This document shows, piece after piece, positions 1-13,216 of a stretch of DNA of 64,000 nt. Location: NCBI RefSeq assembly GCF_009914755.1, contig NC_060927.1; one strand, written 5' to 3'. The DNA comes from the human T2T-CHM13v2.0 reference genome, Homo sapiens. Numbering within the stretch: position 1 is the stretch's first letter; every line of letters starts with the position of its first letter. The translations under genes and the position numbers were made by a program. The notes under the pieces were generated by a model. It was given only the letters and a program-made list of their open reading frames with translations, had not been told where the DNA came from and did no database searches.

Positions 1-814
1 GTCACCTTCCCTATTTTACAGATGATGGAAGTAGAAATTTGGCAGGGGAAGTAACTGCCGTAGGATATACAAGGAGTCTGTCTTAAAGACCAGGTCTTTC
101 CATAATAAATTGCCTCTCATGACTTGACAATTTATGCCTACAAAATCAAACAATAATTGTATTTACTTCCTCCCTCAAAATGGTTTTTACCAGTGTTAGA
201 ATGTTTGCATCCCCTGAGACATCATTAGATGTCTAGTCATGGATAGTAGGTATCAAATAGCAGCTCTCTCACACCTAGGTAAAGTGGTTGTAATCATTTA
301 TTTTTAAGCTACTGAACTATGTCCTTCATCATGATCTTGTTAATAATGCCAGGCCACTAAGGAGTTATAGTTCATGAAATTTCATCATGTAAGCTTTCCA
401 AGGGCCCTCACCTGCTGAAATGACAACTTTTTTTAATTAAAATTTTATCCTCAAAAGTAACAGCCGTATGTGTTTTTTTAGTTAGTTAATAATAAAACTA
501 ATTATTGTGCTACATCTTAGACTACATCTGTTTTAAATATGGGCACTTGTAGCTTTGTGTTCTCTGGCATCATTAACAAGGCAATATCAACTAAGCTGAT
601 GATTCTATCAGGAGGTACTGGGGACACATTTTAATCAGACACATTTGTAAGGCAGTGACTGTGTCCCGCTTTTGCTGTAAGTCATATTGATGGTGAGGTA
701 CTAAAGCTTCACTGCTCAGTTAAGTGTTCCTTACAAATGTAGCTATGGTAAGATAGAGATCATTTCCAAAAATGTGCTTACTGACTTGATAACAGTTTAA
801 AAATGATTTCCTAT

Positions 815-922
815 CAGGTGCAGTGCTGTGCGCCTATAGTCCCAGCTACTCGGGAGGCTGAGGCAGGAGGATTGCTTGAGCCTAGAAGTTTGATGCCAGC
901 CTGCGCAACATAGCAAGGCCCT
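815..922 (+). mobile_element. FLAM_A-like free Alu monomer
   Basis: gcctatagtcccagctactcgggaggctgaggcaggaggattgcttgagcc...ccagcctgcgcaacatagcaag; single monomer only. Confidence 0.85.
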
Positions 923-1353
923 TATAAGAAAATTTCCCATATGATAAAAAATGTTTTTAAAATATGGCTGAAAATATTACTATGTGAGACAAAATTTATA
1001 CTTTGGGATGTCATATCAGGAAAATTTGCTTCTACATTAAATTTACAAAGACCTCTCCAAGCTGTGGGTTGTCCCTCTTGGATCAGTCTTAGATGCCTGA
1101 ACTTATCTAAGTGACATTGAATTGCTCTTTATCAATGGATATGCATTCTTTGTGAATTCTTCAAGCTCTCCCTCCCTCTTCTACCCCCTTTTAAATACTT
1201 AGAATCCTTCTGGAGGAGTGTATTGAGAAGCAGACTCCGTTTGAATTGTGTTATACTTGGATGATAAAGAATGAGTTACTCATCTCTCCTGCTGAATTAA
1301 GGATTTTCAATTCTGGATTCTTGTGACTGGGTTTCTGGGCTTCCAGAAGAAAC

Positions 1354-1504
1354 CAGAGAAATTTTATTCAAATTGCTTTTATATGTGCCTATGTACAATT
1401 AAGTAGAAAAGTGGTTCTAGAGAAATTTTCTCTGGAGAAAGTTTCAGAGAAATTTTATGCAAAATAACTTTTGTATGTGGCTAGGTACAGTTAACTAGAA
1501 AAGG
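1354..1504. repeat. Diverged ~60-bp direct duplication (1354-1412 / 1445-1504) with a palindromic spacer
   Basis: cagagaaattttat..aa....ttt..tatgtg.cta.gtaca.ttaa.tagaaaag occurs twice; spacer contains AGAGAAA-T-TTTCTCT. Confidence 0.8.
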
Positions 1505-2055
1505 GCCTCAATACTTTTATCAAATCTTTGATGTGATCCATATTTCTTTATAAATATTAAATGTCAGTGTCCTTGATCAATAATTTTTCTTAGTAGTGCC
1601 CTGTTCTTCCCATTTCAAAGATGAGTGAGAAAACTAAGCAGCAGTTCCTAAACTGAGGACTGAAGGTTTCTGGGAGTTTCTGCTGTTAAAGATAGTAAGT
1701 AAAATATGTCAATTTAAATAAGATTAATACAAATTAATATAACCATTCTATCCCACCCCACTCCCCAAAGAAAGAATTTTGGAAATGCTCTCTGAGTGAC
1801 TGGTAGTAGAAATTCGATGAGGGAGCATGCCACAACTTAATCATTCATTTCTGTAGGCACTGTTTTGAACCTAATTAGATGCCAAGCTGTTTTAAATAGT
1901 TTTAATCCCTTGTCTTACACTGATTAACTTACATGCATAGTGAACAATTGGTTAAAGACAAAGAAAATGAGAAACAAATGCAATTTATCAGGAGCGCAGA
2001 ATGAATCCCATTTCTCTAAGTTCATTTCAACAAAACTTTCACTGTGTTTATAAAA

Positions 2056-2168
2056 ATGTATATGCATATGCATACACATGAAAACACAGTGTATGTGCAT
2101 ATGTGTGTAAATGTACATATGTGTGTGAATGTGAGTGTATATACATATGTGTGTGTATATATATGTAG
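2056..2168. repeat. Degenerate (TG/TA)n low-complexity tract
   Basis: atgtatatgcatatgcatac...gtgtgtatatatatgt. Confidence 0.8.
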
Positions 2169-3892
2169 TTACTGTACAATTTACCATCTGAGCCCATCCA
2201 CATTTGACAGGGAAAAAGAGGGCTATTAATAAATAAACTAGAGCTATAGCCATTAACAGACATATCTGGTCATCCCATATAAAACTGGAAAATTTGTGTT
2301 TTATTAAAACAAAGTTAGGAGTCAGAAAGTTGGATTGGATTTTAATCTTCATTTTATGCAATATATTTTACAATATATATTAAATATAAGCTACTGATTA
2401 AAAATAAGCAAATAAATTCCAAAATATAGAGACAGAAAATAGTGACATTTATATCTCATTTCCTTTTTTTTGAAAGAATAAAGGCTATCTATAATCTGTA
2501 ATATGTTTTTCTGTGGATAAGTGCTTGCAGTGAGCAGCATAAATGCTTTTGTCTTATTGATCAATTAGAAACAAAACACAAAGATCAAAACCAGCCAGCT
2601 GACTTTTTAAATGCATAAAGTGTAATATTTTCAAACATTGTTTGGATATTTTGTCTATTTTGGTACTTTAACATGTCTTTAATTTAATGTCCATTTTACT
2701 ATTTCTTCAGTCCCTAAAGCCCAACATTTCAAAATATGTCTGTTTATAAATCATATTTTTACATAAATAGAAAATAAATAAAACACCATTTATCATTTAT
2801 TAAATGGGGAAAAGTAAAATTGTTCCATGTGTGTTGAGAATGTTATTAAACATTGCATTTTAAAGAATATTAGAATATTATCAATAATATGTTAATTGAA
2901 ATATTATGCTTTCTTTAAAAAAATCACTTGCTCAATCTTTTAGTGCACAAAAAATTTACAAAATGGTTACATTAGAAACACTGGGAAAGTGGAAGATTCT
3001 CTATACCTCTGCAAGGGACTCAGATGTGTTAGGTACTGAGAAGCCCTGTAATAGTCTAACAAGTTAGAAGACAAGCCCTTCATGACAGCAGCTGGCCAGG
3101 GAAAGCAGAGGAAGGGTGGGCAACATTTTGTGTCTTATCTTTGATGCAATGACACGGAGCTCCACTTAATAAGTCACCAGAAAAAGTTGGAAAGGTACCT
3201 GCTTGAATCCAGAGTGCACTCAGCACCCTTTTGCCCTAGGATGGCTTTGGGTGAAAGACAGTTCTCCTTTGATGGGGAGAAAATGTAGCCTGTTGTAGGA
3301 AGTGTAAGCATAGCTTTGATTAGGAGACAAAGGACACAGTGGAACTGAGTTTATTCCTTATATGAGGACAAGAAGGAGACCTCAATTTTCTCCGAATACT
3401 TGGTGACACATATGGAGTAGAGCTTCTAACTAAGGAATACAGCAGACTGGCTGTCCTAAAATTACAGCCCAGAAATCACTGCTCTCCCAGGGATGGGAGT
3501 CTGGGCCCAAGTGCCTTTCTAGGTGGTTCCTGCCTGGATATCTGCTTCCCAGTTAGGACCAGCTTGACCTTCCACTCCCTGCTGTATGGAGAGTTTTGCC
3601 TACCATCATTTTCAGAGCTGCTTCTGCCACTTTTGCTACTAGGGATTAAAATTTCTCTATAATCCAAAGGCAGAAAAGAGCATTCATTGCCTGACCCATG
3701 TTCTCTTCCATGTGACTAGCACATAATGGCTGTACCTCGGCTCTTGTGGAAATTTAGAGTGTGGAAGCCGTAGAAGGAGCAGTTCCAGGAATAGTGTGTG
3801 TGTGCCTTTGTTTTTGGCAGATCCATCTTGATACTACCAACACCCAGTTTGTTCTAAATCTATGGAATAATTCTGGAGAGAATGAAAATACC

Positions 3893-4115
3893 CCTATTTA
3901 CTGAGCGCCATTTAGTGGAAACTAATGGTAACTACTACACAGTAAATGCCATGTGCTGAGCAAGTCACGTTACCTGATAGCTACCTGACCTTCACAAAAG
4001 CCCTGGGAAAGTGGGAATTAACTTGCTCCCAGTTAATAAGCAAGAAAAGTGAAGCTCAGAGATATCAGGCAACTTCCCAGAGTCTCACAGAGTCAGTGGT
4101 TGGAAGAACTAGCAT
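3893..4115 (-). mobile_element. MIR SINE
   Basis: Resembles the reverse-complement MIR core (gaaaagtgaagctcagaga...aacttcccagagtctcacag). Confidence 0.7.
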
Positions 4116-4924
4116 GGAGCTTGTGAATTTCCCATTAGAAAGCAAAAATTCCTTAGATTTAAACCAGAAAACTATTTAGTCTCATTTAAATATCACTTCA
4201 TACTATTCACCTTGAAGATGATTGCTTTAAATATTTGAACAAATTATGGCTAAATGTACTAAACTTGAGACTAACTTCCAGTATAGCATTTCTAAACCAA
4301 ATATGATGTCAGAATTGCAAGGACCAGTTAAGGTCATTGTAGAAATAAACTAGATCCTCCTTTTTTCTTTTTCATTTCCCTGAAATAGTCTTCACCCATT
4401 GTTATCTATTTGATCTCAGCCATCTGGTTCTGCAGCCAGAGAAGGAAAATGTCAAATTCAACAAAATGAGTAGTACTGCTTGAGATGAATCATAATTTAA
4501 CTTTTTTTTTGCTCTACAAGATATTTAAACAGTAACATTGCTTAATAATACTTCCTAAGTTATTATCAATTCCCTACAAACGTTGCCATTTCATCCAAAT
4601 GGAAAGGCAAGCATTAGGACTATGAGTCAAACACTCTACCCTAATATCTAATGACATATAAATTTGAGAGTTAACATTTACTTTAATTGCTGAAGCAGTC
4701 ATGCTAAGTGCATCATCTGACATATTACCAGGTGTTAAAAAGGGTAATTTCTGAGGGGAAAAAAGTCTCTAAAACCAAGAGACAGTATTCCACTAAAAGC
4801 GTTGTTCATCTCTTTTAAAAAATCTTCAGTTAAATAGATTGCCTCAGTAGTTTGGGAAATGGTCCCTGACATGGAAACATATTTCTGTAATCTTTGAAGG
4901 GAAGGGGAGTGCTGGTTATTCTCT

Positions 4925-5358
4925 GTGTTTCCTCCCAACACATAGCCATTCTCTATCCATCTCTCCTGACCCCATGAGCTGCATCTGTCAGGTTCCTTTG
5001 CCCCCTGGTTTCCACCTGGGTTTTGCTAATGGAAGGCATCAGCTGCAAGAGATCAAAGGGCAGAGGGAGAGAGAGCAGGCAGAGGGAGAGCCAGCGAGCA
5101 GTCCTCACCGTTCCCTTTTCACCTTGGGATGCAGCTGGTTCTGGCAGGCAGCCCCTCCTCTCAGCTCTTGCTAACTGCTCCTAACACTGGTTTCTCCCCT
5201 AAGACCTACAGACAAGGGGAGAAAACAGTTCCCTACTGTTATTATGCTCTGGTGTCTTCCTCACTTGTTGATCCCTCAACTTACCTACTCCCTTTGTTAA
5301 AACCTCTTCAATTGAATCATTTCAGTGGAATTCCATTGCTTGACAGGACTCTGAGGAG
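4925..5358. mobile_element. Old ERVL LTR, LTR33-like
   Basis: ctttgccccctggtttccacctgggttttgctaatggaaggcatcagctgcaagagatcaaagggcagaggg resembles the LTR33/LTR16 group. Confidence 0.55.
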
Positions 5359-5379
5359 ATGGGGGAAAAGTCACTAAAA

Positions 5380-5550
5380 TACCTGTGTCCTAATTCTGGC
5401 ACTACTAAACTGTATGGTCTGAAACGATCTACACAATTCCTCGAGCTTCACTTTTATCTTCTATAAAGTGAGAATAATAATGATACCCACTTCACAAAGC
5501 ACTGAGCCCCGTGAGTACAATAAGGTGCACCAGGAATTGTTACTATTAGT
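5380..5550 (+). mobile_element. MIR fragment
   Basis: gagcttcacttttatcttctataaagtgagaataataatgatacccacttcac matches the MIR core. Confidence 0.6.
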
Positions 5551-7322
5551 TTGAATAAAGAAAGGAGACTGCTTGCTTTCCTGTTTGAGTTAGTGTAAGT
5601 GTAATCCACTATATGGCCTCCTTGAAATTTTGTCTATTGGTAATTAACTACTAATATGTATTTCTAAACTTTGGGATAGAATGATAGAAATGAGCTGATA
5701 GTTTTAAAAGAGATGGTTTGATTCCATTTTTTACAACTCATACATTTCTTGAACCTCCAAAACTTATATTTTCTTTCTCCCTAATGGCTTACTCTGTGTT
5801 ATCTTAGAAAAGTTTGTTGGTAGATACTGGGGGCAAATTAGGTAAGTCCACTTCACATATAAAAGATGTATTCTCCGGGTTCCTAGTAATGACACAATAG
5901 CAGCAGAACTGGCACAATTGGGGGAAGAAAATGGCTTTTTCTCCCAATTATGAAGTACTTGTGGACTATTACCAACAAAACAGAACACAATTCCTCAGTG
6001 TGAGCATTCAGGAAGCAAAAATATTTATTGCAGTCTAGTCTGCCACATTTGGAGGAAGCACCGTGGCATGTATGTTGGGGAAGTTAGTTACCAAAAACTG
6101 GGATTTTGTCCCTGATTTATGAGAAATTCTGTGTGTGATCCTGAACAAGAAGCTGTCTTACTCCTCTAAACCTCAGCTGCAGCACCCAGAGTTTCTTGTG
6201 CCAGGATATCACCACATCCATTGTGCATACTCAAGATAAATGAATGTAGGCTTAGTGAGGGTCAAAAAAAAAAAAGTGGGGGGCAGGTGGTGGTTAGAAA
6301 AGCAAGTAATACCACCTCAAGGAGGAGTAGGTGAGATCCAGTCTCTTGTTTGCTTTTCTTTTAGGTAAAATGTTAAAGCATATTCATAAAGGAGCAAACT
6401 CACATTTACATCCTAAAAAACATCAGGCTACAAGAATCTCATCTTGTTTTCCAAATGCCTTGCCAAGTTTGAGAATGCCAAACAGAATCTGTTTCAGATG
6501 CCTTTTTCCCTCCCTTTTCTCACTCCTCCTTTTAGTCCCTTTCCATATTCCCTCCTCCTTTCCCTTTCTGGACCTGTCATTGCCCCATGCCAACATCAAG
6601 AAGTAGAATTTAAAAACTGTGCTGTTAGAAGGAACCTCTTTCACATCCCCTTGCCCAGAGGCAAAGGGGATAAGAGAAAGTAGTTACTGTCTGTCCAGAT
6701 TTTTTTACACTATTGTGATAATGATAAATCATTCCCCCTCTGCACTGGCAAGGCTTTGGACTCTGTGTTCTGTATACGTTGCCTCTTCATCATTTTCTTC
6801 AAGTTTTTATTTGCTAGCTTTTTTTCTACCTATGTGCCATTGCAAGATACTTATGGAGTGGCTGGAATAGGACAGTTTCTTTATCAGCATCATCAATGAA
6901 TGTTCTTGAGGCACTGCATGTGAAATACAGGGCTAAGCAAACATGTTTAAGATATGCTTCTTTTCCTAGAGGATTGCAATCTACCTAAGAAACAGGAGCT
7001 AAATAAGTAATAAAATGCAATTCAAAGTCATAAAAGTGGGGAGTGCAAAGAATGAGGAATGGGCAGTTGCATATATTGGTTATTGCCAGAGGCTGAACCA
7101 CTGGTGTATGTCCTACAAGAGAGATATTAGCCTATCCTGACACCTTTTGATGAAAATATTGTGCCCATTTTACAGATAAGAACAATGAACTAAGAGAGTA
7201 GAGATGGCCTCCCCCGCAGTGTAATTTGCCAGATCCCACTACTTACTCTGTGAGGGAAAAAAAATAATGAGTGGGCTAAACAATAGGAATTCAAGGTAAT
7301 GTGTTTGAAAGCCAAGGCCCAA

Positions 7323-7518
7323 CAGAGATTCTCGAAGTGTGGTACCCAGACAAGAAGCATCAGCATCACCTGGGAACCTGTCAGAAATGCATATGTTTGA
7401 GCCGCAACCGAAACCTGCTCAATCAGAATCTAAGCGTCTGGGCATTAAGGCTTAGCAATTCGTATTTTAATAGGGCCCCAGAGGTTATCTGGAGGCAGGC
7501 TAAAGTTGAGAATCATTG
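7323..7518 (+). mobile_element. MER5A (hAT-Charlie MITE)
   Basis: ttctcgaagtgtggtacccagac..agcatcagcatcacctgggaac...ctaaagttgagaatcattg; near full length. Confidence 0.85.
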
Positions 7519-9479
7519 ACCCAGGAACAACGTATTTCAGCTGGATGGGGAAGCAGGCAATCAGAGACAGAGGCGAGATGGTGAGGCTGGGTTGAGTGGC
7601 AAGCAGTGATAATCCAAAGCTCTGAGATGGCAGCCTGCAGACCTGGCTGGGTGTGAATGGGCCTACTATAGCACCCCTCAGTGAGTAGCCTGGTGTCCTG
7701 CTGAGGATAAAATGTGAGGACTGTTCCCAGCTTTCTTAGACCACGTGGTCCTGCTATGTCATTACTCTGAAGACAGGGATCCCTCTGCCTGAGAATTTAG
7801 ATAGCTGGTTGTCCCTTGTGAGGGAGCTCCTCTGCAGCCTCAAGGGAACTTCAAGAAAAGAGGTTTATGACCACTTAAAAATACTCATGGCTTCATTTGG
7901 ATGCTTATAAAGCACTTTTAATCATGATGAAATGCAAGTATTGCCTTTGAATGCCTTGAGTTGAAGGGAAAAGTTAACGAGTGAATGATTTGAATCATTT
8001 CTCTTCTTAGCCTGGAGCAAGCCATTAAAAGAATGAAACTTCTAGTCAAGATGGAAACAGCCTGCCCCAAAGGGATGATTGAAAGAGTCTTCAGGACAGG
8101 CATTTGTCCTTTAGTTTTATTTTCACTTTAATTATTATAAAATCTGATTTAAGTGTTGACCATAGCCTCCAGTTCCAGCCAGCTGAAAAGATAAGCACAT
8201 TTGTATTTGTGTGGACAAGTCTGCAGACTTCTTATTGTTGTCTCAAGCCAGACAATACAACCCTTTTAAATAACAGTTCCTCATAAGGTGAGATTAAAGA
8301 TATTTCTTCTTGCTGTTACCAAGGAAAATCATGATCTAGTTGATTATGTACATGAAAAGAAACTATCTCTTGGCTATTGCTTGGGGTTGTGACATCATCT
8401 GGTGTCCACTATCTTTACTTTGGGTAAATCATTGCTGTAATATTGATGAAATTACAAAATAATGGAGAATCAGAGGTCATGTTCCCCAACTCTAACTATA
8501 ATGAAAACTTTAAAAATGTTTAGTCCCAAATTCTCCTTGGAAAACATTGGTTACAGGTAAAATACATAAATTTATATCAAACTTAGTTGTGTTGTTGTTG
8601 TTTTCAATGAGCTATACATTAGATAACCTACAACTAATCAATTGCTGTTGAGCTGTAATGAAATGTAAACAAGTGGACCTTGTATTTTTTATGGCATTCT
8701 GAAATTTAAATCTAACTGATTGTAGCTAACTGAACCTTAAGGAAAAATCAGAGGAAACTTGATCCTGAAAACATTAGCACTTAGCATTTTGTACGTACAT
8801 ATGCTCAAATATGTATCCATGGTATGGCAAAAAAATATCTTACTGAAGCCTGTTTCAGTTTCTTCATGGAAATTTCAGTTGATTGTCCATTTTAGTAAAT
8901 AATATAGAGCATGTTATTCCTATCAACCGATCCTGTCAATTAATTTAGTTTGCAGTGGAGAGTTTGTGGGACCATGGACTTCTCCTTGATCTTTAACCAA
9001 GTCTTCCCTGGGTTATTGCAATTCCATGTGGATCAAACAACACTAATCATGTTCATAAAATAAATAAGCACATATTTCCTTCAGGTTCTTCTCAGAAGTT
9101 ATCTTGGGTAGCTTCTGTTGTCTTCCCAGAATGATGTGACAGCATTTGGTTGTAACTCCTAATAAGCTCTCTGACCTGTCTTGTATCCTCAAGAGGAAAA
9201 ACCCCAGGACACTTTGCTGCTGGATCAAATAAAGTAAATAGTAGTAGTAGGTGACATGGAGAGCTACTAGATGATTCAGAGGGAAAGTTAAACTCTCTGT
9301 CACCCAAATCCCAGCCTTCTTGGTTGTATGCAACCGTTGATGTTGAATGTGCTATGAATTATGACAGGTTTATAGATTTTCTTACTCTTTCCCAGGTTTT
9401 TCATTATTTTAATCTCTCCTTTTAAAATATACTAATTCTTACATTTATACCATGTTAAAACAGCAAGAAAAACAAAACT

Positions 9480-10880
9480 ATAAAATCCCATCAACCCTAT
9501 GCCTCCCTCTGGCTCTCTGCTCCTTTCTCTGCCCAGCATGGTGCTTCACTGCCAGGCTTCTCAAGCTTCTCAAAGGAATTCTTTTTCTTCCTGTCTGGCT
9601 GATGTACCCATCACTAGCCTTGCTTTTATTGAGGTCACCGGTTTGTTTGTTTTTTTAACCTAGGGTCTGCTGTCTTTTCTTCCTTGGCAGTTCTGCAACT
9701 GTGGTCATTGTCACATTTTTCTTTCTTGAAACACTCCCCTACTTCTTACTTGATACCATTCTCTTCTGGTTCTTCTCATTTTCCTACTACTCCTCATTCC
9801 CCATCCAGGTTTTATTTTCTCAGCCCAGTATTTGAATATGATTGTGCCTTACAACTCCATTTTGATAGTCTTCTCAATTGGTACCCACTCATAAATATAT
9901 TGTCTTTAGAGCAACTATGTCCTGATAACTTCCAAATTTATGCCTTTAAGACAGGCTGTTTGTCTGAGCCCCAAACCCCAGACTTTTTGCTCATGTGTTT
10001 ACCGATCATCTCTATATACTTGTTCTTTCTGTATTTATAGCTAAGGCACTGCATTCCACTTCCTTACCCAAACTTGAACCTGGAATTTATTCTTGTGTTT
10101 TTTTTTTAATTTCTTTCACCCCCTCCTTGCCGCTCATAGATGCCAGTTTCTGACAGTTCACATCCTACATCTATCTCTCTCTCTGATGTGTCTCTTTTCT
10201 CTGTTGCTGCCACCCTTTTCTTAACTTCATGTCTTCATCATCTCTGCCCTGGATTATTGCTTTTGCTTTCCAGTAGACTTTCTACTTCCAGTTATACAAC
10301 CCCACATTGTCTCATGGAGAAGTTTTATGAAATGGCTGTTGATCATTTCATTGCTCTGCTTATAAACCTTATATTGCACCTTAAGTCTTTCAGCATTAAA
10401 TTCCAGTTTTATAGCACGCTTTTCAAGACTCTAGGATTTGAGCCTAGCTCCATTTCTATCCTCTACTTCCTCTGCCTGTTTCTAACCTATTGCTATGCCT
10501 GTATATTTACAATTCTCGAATGCATTTTTTTGTATCTTTGCCCTTTGCACATGCTGATCCTTATGTTTATGCCTCTTTTATTCTGATTATTTCCACATTG
10601 CCCTACCCCATTAGCAAATATCTGCTCATCTAATACTAGGTTCAATATGACCTCCTGGAAGCTTTCCACTGCATGCTTCTCATATCCCTACACACAATAG
10701 AAGTAAGTACTCTTTCTTCAGTGATTCTAGAGTTGGAGACAGGTGCCTATCCAAGTGTACTGCAAGATTCTGTTTATGGCCTGTCTCCACCATTTGTGTA
10801 AGCTCTGTAAATGGCTTTTATGGTCATTTTTATACCAAGTGGCAAGAAGAAATAGTCAATAACATTGTGGAAAAAAGAAT
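9480..10880 (+). mobile_element. L2 LINE 3' portion, highly degraded
   Basis: Pyrimidine-rich L2 motifs (aacttccaaatttat, ccctggattattgc, cctttgcacatgctg) ending in an L2-like tail aaatagtcaataacattg. Confidence 0.7.
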
Positions 10881-10949
10881 CAAAGCGACAAAAATGTACA
10901 TGAACTGAAAATATGATTGCTTGACATTGAATATTAGGTCATTAGCATG

Positions 10950-11135
10950 CCAGAGCTATCTCATGCTGGCTCACAAGAGCCAAATGTTTAAAAACCAGGA
11001 ATCTTGCCAGCTAGTTGTTAAGCCCTTTGAGGCTTGAAAGTAGGCATGGTGGGAATATTTACACTAGGGAAATCAGCAAACACCACAAATCAGCGCTTTT
11101 GTTTTTCAGAGAGACAGTTTTCCAGCAGACTACTG
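10950..11135. mobile_element. MER63-like hAT DNA transposon fragment
   Basis: catggtgggaatatttacactagggaaatcagcaaacaccacaaatcagc...ttttccagcagactactg. Confidence 0.6.
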
Positions 11136-12188
11136 ATATTCATGATTACAGTGCAGTCAGTTAATTCATGCTATGTCCATCAACCATGTGATAGCACCAG
11201 AAATCATAGACTCATGTTCTGAAAGTTCATATCCTAAATAACTCTCTGTGCCTCTTCTTTCCATTCCTATACCACCTTGCCTTAGTTCCTGTCTTCGTTG
11301 TCTTTGCCCTAGAAAACTACTGTTGCCTCCCAGTAGATGGTACCACCAGAACAATATTATTGTTAAACCTACCACTAGAACAATCTTTGAGCAAGAGTCC
11401 TGCCAGTCTGGAATCGAAGAAGTTAGTTATCGTTGACTCCTTGGGAATAATAATGTATAATGCTTTATTATATAAAGAGGGCACTTTTAATTTATCATCA
11501 GTTGCTTATGAAATAATTTCTTTTTTTTTTTCAGTTGCAGTGACAGGTGGATTTCTACAGACTGAATCTGTGGCCATAGTACTTATTTCAAGATAATTGG
11601 CCAAGGCTAGGTTACATCCTGTAGCCATGCAACAGTGACAGTAATTTGATCACAATAATGCTGACCCCATGACTTTTGACTTCATAATTATCTTGCTGTA
11701 GTCAGCTGGCCAACAGCACTTCATCAATGAAAATATCCACCAGGAGGAATATTATCATGGGGACAGTTATTAGAGCCACCTCCATTTTGACTTTGCCCCA
11801 AGCTTGGTCTGGGGAAAAAGCTTCTTAAAGTTGCCTCAGCAGTAGTTTGCTGCCTCCCAGCCTGGTTTTAAGTATATCCATAATTAACACGACGGGTAGA
11901 GGTGCAAGAATGCCACATTTTCTTCTAAGCCATGCAACCTCATTAAGAAAGTAAAACGTTTGTGAGTCTTTCATGCGGTCTTTCTCCCTCTGGGTTGTTG
12001 AAGCTCTCTGGATGTCAGCACAGCACTATGGGCCAGGAAAGTTCAGAGAATTACTTCAATAATATGACAGCCTCTTCCATTTAAAATGGAATTCAATGCT
12101 GGCTTCCCTTGGAGGCATTCATTGAAATTCCGTGCATGATCCATTCCTCTAGTCATTTAACAATGTGTCTCATGTTTGCCCTGATTTA

Positions 12189-12215
12189 AAGAAAGAAAGA
12201 AAGAAAGAAAGAAAA
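12189..12215. repeat. (GAAA)n microsatellite
   Basis: aagaaagaaagaaagaaagaaagaaaa. Confidence 0.9.
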
Positions 12216-12915
12216 CCAGCTTTGTATTTGTGATAACATGGATCAGGATAGTATAATTGCAGTGAAGAGGCCCCTGAGCCTGCAGTAATAGGATGGTTCA
12301 TCTGATGTGTACTGCCATTAGAAAATGACCCATGCATGAATGTTCTCAGGGGACAGTAAAGAGGCTTTTAAGAATTACATTCTGTGTAGTATGAAAGCTA
12401 ATGAGCAAAAGAGGAAGTACGAAGAAAAACTACTGCTTCAGGAAGCATGGTTCCACTTAGGTAGGGCCTGTCACAGCTCCCCTCAAATTCATTTGGATAG
12501 ACAGGCCATTACTAGGATGACTACTATATTACCCCCATGCCCATGCACACTCCCTGCAGGTCATCCTGTACCAAGTTCCTAAGGAATTAAAACCAGCGAG
12601 TAATAAATGGTGAGGAAAAGAAAGAGGATGGATACAGCAACTGCCAATAAATAAGTTAAAAAAAGACATTTACGTCAAAGATGAAAGAAGTCGTAATGAA
12701 CTTCAACAGCAAAAAAGAAAGTTAAAGGGAAAAAAGCAATTTCTGGTACATCCTCTTTCCACGTTATGCTATTTTACTTCATATATAAGAACAGAACAGT
12801 ACCTAATTATGATTTCAAGTATATATATTTTAACCGTATCTTAATTTGTAAACATGTTTAAAAATAATGTCTCCAGTCTAGTCTATACTGCTTTCTTGTT
12901 TTAAAGGTTTTACTT

Positions 12916-13216
12916 GGCCGGGCGTGGTGGTTCACGCCTGTAATCCCGGCACTTTGGGAGGCCAAGACAGGCAGATCATGAGGTCAAGAGATCGAGACCA
13001 TCCTGGCCAACATGGTGAAACTCCATCTCTACTAAAAATACAAAAATTAGCTGGGTGTGGTGGTGCGTGCCTGTTTTCCCAGCTACTTAGGAGGCTGAGG
13101 CAGGAGGAGGAGAATCATTTGAACCCAGGAGGCAGGGGTTGCAGTGAACTGAGATTGCACCACTGCACTCCAGCCTGACGACAGAGTGAGATTTCATCTC
13201 AAAAAAAAAAAAAAAA
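12916..13216 (+). mobile_element. AluS (AluSc-like), full length
   Basis: Dimer with poly(A); gaggtcaagagatcgagaccatcctggccaac diagnostic; degenerate TSD aaaggttttactt/aaaagttctactt; 6-bp GAGGAG duplication in the right arm. Confidence 0.95.

Noticed and set aside
1924-2361. 145-aa ORF and overlapping His/Tyr/Met-rich ORFs
   Set aside because: Translation of a TG/TA low-complexity tract.
9452-10586. Hydrophobic 68-148 aa ORFs
   Set aside because: Pyrimidine-rich decayed L2 sequence; no splice or homology support.
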